Source: Hyphomicrobiales bacterium (GTDB taxonomy: Bacteria; Pseudomonadota; Alphaproteobacteria; Rhizobiales; OSC116). From it: a DNA stretch of 64,000 nt. A program made the translations under genes and the position numbers. Position 1 is the stretch's first letter. Each line of letters opens with the position of its first letter. Below the pieces are notes generated by a model that searched no databases, was not told the origin of the DNA, and saw only the letters and a list, made by a program, of their open reading frames with translations. Below are positions 59,829 through 64,000 of the stretch, one piece after another. The stretch covers positions 130,099-194,098 of the forward strand of contig JAOPTR010000007.1 of the NCBI GenBank assembly GCA_051531935.1. Reading direction: 5' to 3'.

Positions 59829-60728
59829 CTAGTCAAACAAATATTTCATGATGGCTTTTTGCGCATGCAAGCGGTTTTCAGCTTCATCAAATACAACAGA
59901 TTGCGGGCCGTCAATGACGTCAGCCATCACTTCTTCGTTACGATGTGCAGGCAGGCAATGCATAAATATACTGTCTTTTTTAGCCAGTTTCATCACACGC
60001 TTATCAACCTGATAAGGCGCCAATAAATTATGGCGGTTAGCAGCATCTTTATCACCCATAGAAACCCAGCAATCGGTGATGATGCAATCGGCATCTGTCG
60101 CAGCTTTGTTCGGGTCACGTTCAATTTTTACATTGCCACCCGCAGCCACAGCTTTTTGCAGAATGTCGCTATTCGGGTCAAGTTCTTCTGGCGATGCAAT
60201 GGTCAGGTTAAAACCAAATATCGGCGCCGCTTCAATCCAACTCGCTGCCACATTATTGCCGTCACCAAACCAAGCAATATTCTTGCCTTTTAAGCCACCT
60301 TTATGCTCTTCAAAACACATTAGATCGGCCATAATTTGGCACGGATGGCTTCGGTCTGTAAGCGCGTTAATCACGGGTATTGTCGCATTTGCAGCTAGTT
60401 CTAAAACCATTTCATGGCTGTTGGCTCTAATCATTATCGCATCCACAAACCGCGACAATACTTTTGCCGTGTCAGCAACCGTTTCGCCATGTCCAAGCTG
60501 CATATCCGCAGCACTAAGTACGATAGGTGATCCACCTAATTCAATAATGCCCACTTCAAAACTAATGCGCGTTCTGGTGCTTGGTTTTTCAAAAATCATC
60601 GCGATTTTTTTACCCTTTAAAACTTCATTAAAGTCGTCAGGGTTGGCTTTCATAGCCTTTGCATCAGCAATAATACAGTCCAATTGGTCTTTGGTAAAAT
60701 CAGCAATATCAATAAAATGTTTAACCAT
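59829..60728 (-). CDS. argF: Ornithine carbamoyltransferase
   Basis: FEKPSTRTR, HPCQIMAD, WVSMG, FMHCLPAHR and EAENRLH. Confidence 0.96.
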   Translation of the reverse strand: MVKHFIDIADFTKDQLDCIIADAKAMKANPDDFNEVLKGKKIAMIFEKPSTRTRISFEVGIIELGGSPIVLSAADMQLGHGETVADTAKVLSRFVDAIMIRANSHEMVLELAANATIPVINALTDRSHPCQIMADLMCFEEHKGGLKGKNIAWFGDGNNVAASWIEAAPIFGFNLTIASPEELDPNSDILQKAVAAGGNVKIERDPNKAATDADCIITDCWVSMGDKDAANRHNLLAPYQVDKRVMKLAKKDSIFMHCLPAHRNEEVMADVIDGPQSVVFDEAENRLHAQKAIMKYLFD

Positions 60729-61923
60729 TTTGCTCTCCGTTTTCAAGCTCAGTCGCAGCAGCGTCTAGTTTTTCAATTGCCAAATTAACATCATCTTCTG
60801 TGGCAATCAGTGGCGGAATCACGCGCAATACATTGTCACCCGCAGGTATAACCAACATTTTTTGCTTATATAATTCTTGTAAAATATCCATGTTCAATGC
60901 TTTGCATTTTAGGCCAACAAGTAAACCTTCGCCTTTAATGCCTTCATAAATTTCAGGATGAGCATCGACAAGTCCCAAAAGTTTTTGGCTCAATAAGCCG
61001 CTTACTTTTTTCACATTGCTCATAAAGCCATCAGCTAAAATTACGTCCAAAACAGCGTTAGCAGCTACCATGCCCAAATTATTACCGCCATATGTAGTGC
61101 CATGTACACCAGGTTGCATGCCCGATGCCGCTTCGTCTGTCGCCACACATGCGCCCATCGGAAAACCGCCACCCAAACCTTTAGCAAGGCTCATAATATC
61201 TGGCACAACACCCGAGGCTTCATAGGCAAATAATCTGCCCGTACGGCCCATACCTGTTTGAATTTCATCAAATATCAGTAATATACCTTTGTCATCGCAA
61301 TATTTACGCAATTTAACTAAAAAACTCGGCTCAAACGCCCGCAAACCACTTTCGCCTTGGATGGGTTCAAGCATAATTGCAGCACAATCTTCATCAGCGG
61401 CAGCTACCAATGCGTCCCAATCCTGAAACGGCACCTGAATAAACCCACCTGCTTTGGGGCCAAAGCCCTCTAGATATTTAGCTTGTCCACCTGCGGCAAT
61501 TGTCCCAATGGTACGGCCATGAAAAGCACCTTCAAAAGTAATGATATTCACACGGTTTTCATTGCCCTTGGCATAATGGTAACGGCGCGCCACCTTAATC
61601 GCACATTCGTTGCTTTCAGCACCACTATTGGTAAAAAACACTTTGTCGGCAAAACTAATTTCACATAAACGCGCAGCAAGCTTTTCTTGGTCGGTAGATT
61701 TATACCAATTAGATGTATGCCATAATTTTTGCACTTGTTCAGTTAACGCAGCCACAAGGTGAGGGTGGCTATGGCCAACACTCACAACAGCTACGCCAGA
61801 GCCACAGTCTAAATATTTTTCTTCAACACCAGTTTCTGGGTTTTTGGCAAATAAATAGCAACCTTCTCCTCGGTCAAACGAAAATTCAGTCGGTGCATAG
61901 GTATTGAGCAAGTGATTTGTCAT
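60721..61923 (-). CDS. argD: Acetylornithine aminotransferase
   Basis: FTNSGAE, FHGRT, DEIQTGMGRTG, LAKGLGGG and HGTTYGGN; upstream of argF. Confidence 0.93.
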   Translation of the reverse strand: MTNHLLNTYAPTEFSFDRGEGCYLFAKNPETGVEEKYLDCGSGVAVVSVGHSHPHLVAALTEQVQKLWHTSNWYKSTDQEKLAARLCEISFADKVFFTNSGAESNECAIKVARRYHYAKGNENRVNIITFEGAFHGRTIGTIAAGGQAKYLEGFGPKAGGFIQVPFQDWDALVAAADEDCAAIMLEPIQGESGLRAFEPSFLVKLRKYCDDKGILLIFDEIQTGMGRTGRLFAYEASGVVPDIMSLAKGLGGGFPMGACVATDEAASGMQPGVHGTTYGGNNLGMVAANAVLDVILADGFMSNVKKVSGLLSQKLLGLVDAHPEIYEGIKGEGLLVGLKCKALNMDILQELYKQKMLVIPAGDNVLRVIPPLIATEDDVNLAIEKLDAAATELENGEQNG

Positions 61924-62132
61924 TTTCGCGTTCTTTTGGTTAGCTGCTTAAACGTCATAAAAATCAGCATACTGGCTAATCGGCTTTAAACTGTCAATCA
62001 ACAATTGCGCTCATCTACATAATATGTTGGGCTATTTAAATAGCAGTTGATTAATGTAAAATAAAATTATATAACATAATAGAATGTAAAATTATTTATA
62101 GGTCAGCTTTACGCATAGCATATGGTGGAATA

Positions 62133-63335
62133 ATGTCGCTAAATAATAAAAGAATTCTCTTAATCATCTCAGGTGGCATTGCCGCCTACAAGGCTTTAGA
62201 GCTTATCCGTCTTATCCGTAAATCTGGCGGTAGTGTCACTGCGGTTATGACCAAATCAGCACATCAATTCATCACGCCATTGTCAGTTTCCGCCTTGACC
62301 GAAAATAAAGTCTATGACGAGCTGTTTAACTTAACTGATGAAGCCGAAATGGGGCATATCAGCCTGTCGCGCGAAAATGACATCATCCTCGTTATGCCCG
62401 CCACGGCCAATATTTTGGCAAAAATGGCGCACGGCATTGCTGATGATTTGCCAACCACTTTATTGCTTGCAACCGATAGCCCCGTTATGGTCGCACCATC
62501 AATGAACGTACGTATGTGGGAGCATGAGGCCACAAAATCCAACATGCAAATCCTGCAAAATCAAGGTGTAAAATTTGTCGGACCAGCCGAAGGCGATATG
62601 GCTTGTGGCGAATTTGGCTTTGGGCGTTTGGCCGAACCAATAGACATTCTGCAAGCGCTTGAAATTCATTTTGGTGCCGATAAAAAACTCGGCGGCAAAC
62701 ATGTAGTCATCACCGCAGGGCCAACCTATGAGCCTATTGATCCAGTTAGATTTATCGGCAACTTATCATCTGGCAAACAAGGCTACGCTTTGGCCGTTGC
62801 CGCGCGTGATGCTGGCGCAGATGTTACGCTCATCACAGGGCCTTCAAACGAAGAAATTCCCGAAGGCATCACAGCGATAAAAATCAATACCGCCGATGAA
62901 ATGCTCAAAGCCACGCAATCAGCATTGCCTGCCGACATTGCCATCTTTGCGGCAGCCGTAGCCGATTGGAAAATCGCCACCTATTCAGATAAGAAAATCA
63001 AAAAACAAAAAGGTGATGATGATAAAACCCTCACATTCACCGAAAACCCAGACATTCTTAAAACTATCGCCAATTTAACCGAAGACCGCCCGCAATGGGT
63101 GATCGGTTTCGCTGCCGAAACAAATGACATTATGCAAAACGCACAAGCTAAAATCAAACGCAAAGGCTGCGATTATATAGTGGTCAATAATGTGAGCCCT
63201 AAAACAGGCGTCATGGGCGGCGATTATAATAAAGTCAGCATCATCAATCAGGCAGGTCAGCAGATCGAACAATTAGAACGCGCCAGCAAGACCGAGATTG
63301 CCAACCAAATCATTAAATTTATCGGAGAGCTATAA
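62133..63335 (+). CDS. coaBC: Bifunctional phosphopantothenoylcysteine decarboxylase/ligase
   Basis: GGIAAYK, PSMN, MACGE.G.GR, TAGPT.E.IDPVR and GFAAET. Confidence 0.96.
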   Translation: MSLNNKRILLIISGGIAAYKALELIRLIRKSGGSVTAVMTKSAHQFITPLSVSALTENKVYDELFNLTDEAEMGHISLSRENDIILVMPATANILAKMAHGIADDLPTTLLLATDSPVMVAPSMNVRMWEHEATKSNMQILQNQGVKFVGPAEGDMACGEFGFGRLAEPIDILQALEIHFGADKKLGGKHVVITAGPTYEPIDPVRFIGNLSSGKQGYALAVAARDAGADVTLITGPSNEEIPEGITAIKINTADEMLKATQSALPADIAIFAAAVADWKIATYSDKKIKKQKGDDDKTLTFTENPDILKTIANLTEDRPQWVIGFAAETNDIMQNAQAKIKRKGCDYIVVNNVSPKTGVMGGDYNKVSIINQAGQQIEQLERASKTEIANQIIKFIGEL

Positions 63336-63793
63336 TGGCGAACGTCAATATCAACCTACAAACCTTACCGCATTTCGAAGGCCTCGAAATCCCAAAATAT
63401 GAAACCGTGGGTTCCGCAGGTATGGATGTACGCGCTGCCAATCCTGCCGACGCACCGATCACTTTAAAACCGGGAGAGCGCATTTTGGTGCCATCAGGCC
63501 TTAAAATCGAAATCCCCCTTGGTTATGAAGTGCAAGTGCGCCCACGTTCGGGCTTGGCCTATAAACATGGCATCAGCTTGGTCAACACCCCAGGCACAAT
63601 TGATAGCGATTATCGTGGCGAGGTCAGCACCTTGGTTATTAACCTTGGACAGGATGATTTTGTCATTAACCGAGGCGAGCGTTTGGCGCAATGGGTGGTC
63701 GCGCCTGTCGTGCAAACCAGCTTTACATTGGTCGATAGCCTTAGCGAAACCGCACGTGGCGCAGGTGGCTACGGCTCAACAGGTAAAAAATAG
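63335..63793 (+). CDS. dut: dUTP diphosphatase
   Basis: [21 protein letters not shown] and [10 protein letters not shown]. Confidence 0.97.
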   Translation: MANVNINLQTLPHFEGLEIPKYETVGSAGMDVRAANPADAPITLKPGERILVPSGLKIEIPLGYEVQVRPRSGLAYKHGISLVNTPGTIDSDYRGEVSTLVINLGQDDFVINRGERLAQWVVAPVVQTSFTLVDSLSETARGAGGYGSTGKK

Positions 63794-63802
63794 GGAACCA
63801 TT

Positions 63803-64000
63803 ATGTTAAGATTAACCCGAAAAACTCTTTTGGCCATCGAGGCTGTATTAGATGTGGCCTATAACGCCCGTCCCGATCCTGTGCAGTCAAAAGACATCAC
63901 CAAACGCCAAGGCATTCCGCAGCGCTATTTAGAGCAAGTGATGCAGCAATTGGTGCGCGATGGCATCCTCAAAGGTGTGCGTGGGCCCAAAGGCGGTTAT
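63803..64000 (+). CDS. Rrf2 family transcriptional regulator, 3'-partial (absent from the ORF track)
   Basis: Manual translation MLRLTRKTLLAIEAVLDVAYNARPDPVQSKDITKRQGIPQRYLEQVMQQLVRDGILKGVRGPKGGY contains the Rrf2 motifs YLEQ and RGPKGGY. Confidence 0.9.
   Translation, partial: MLRLTRKTLLAIEAVLDVAYNARPDPVQSKDITKRQGIPQRYLEQVMQQLVRDGILKGVRGPKGGY

Noticed and set aside
60076-60768. 230-aa plus-strand ORF
   Set aside because: It is an antisense shadow of argF.
62053-62092. AATGTAAAAT direct repeat (30-bp period) between argD and coaBC
   Set aside because: A short repeat in very AT-rich DNA cannot be distinguished from chance.
1-64000. Mobile elements, prophage, defence systems, rRNA/tRNA
   Set aside because: I recognised no transposase, integrase, phage, nuclease-defence or structural RNA signatures. 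The many short overlapping ORFs in the track are shadows of the called genes.

Overview
This is a gene-dense chromosomal segment of roughly low-40s %GC (estimated by eye), most likely from an alphaproteobacterium, and plausibly a marine Hyphomicrobiales-type organism. Supporting signs are an alpha-type GAAC-N7-GAAC LexA box, an alpha RpoH-type promoter before hsp33, and the argD-argF-hslO and coaBC-dut-Rrf2 gene order. Contents in order: a family-5 ABC importer, a pta-ackA-SGNH-phosphonate monoester hydrolase-like cluster, galM, an SOS imuA-imuB-dnaE2 cassette, a two-component/DUF2271/PepSY-flavodoxin-FNR/ApbE flavinylation module, a lone secreted CBM4-Ig-GH9, an ECF41 locus with its cognate promoter, DeoR-MFS, yqjG, YjgN-M48, modABC, an MCP, Sel1, TetR-DUF1295, glycerate kinase, dppABC(DF), an RND pump and housekeeping genes. 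I saw no rRNA, tRNA, CRISPR array, transposase or integrase. The least explained signals are three. (1) Two AT-rich orphan paralogs lie 20 kb apart (32783-33205 and 53374-53772) and share a 13/15-nt upstream motif at nearly the same spacing. (2) A ~280-bp, almost G-free C/A tract with internal repeats sits at 45061-45340. (3) An ApbE with no visible export signal is paired with an apparently Sec-exported DUF2271 substrate. All family calls come from motif recognition, not database searches.
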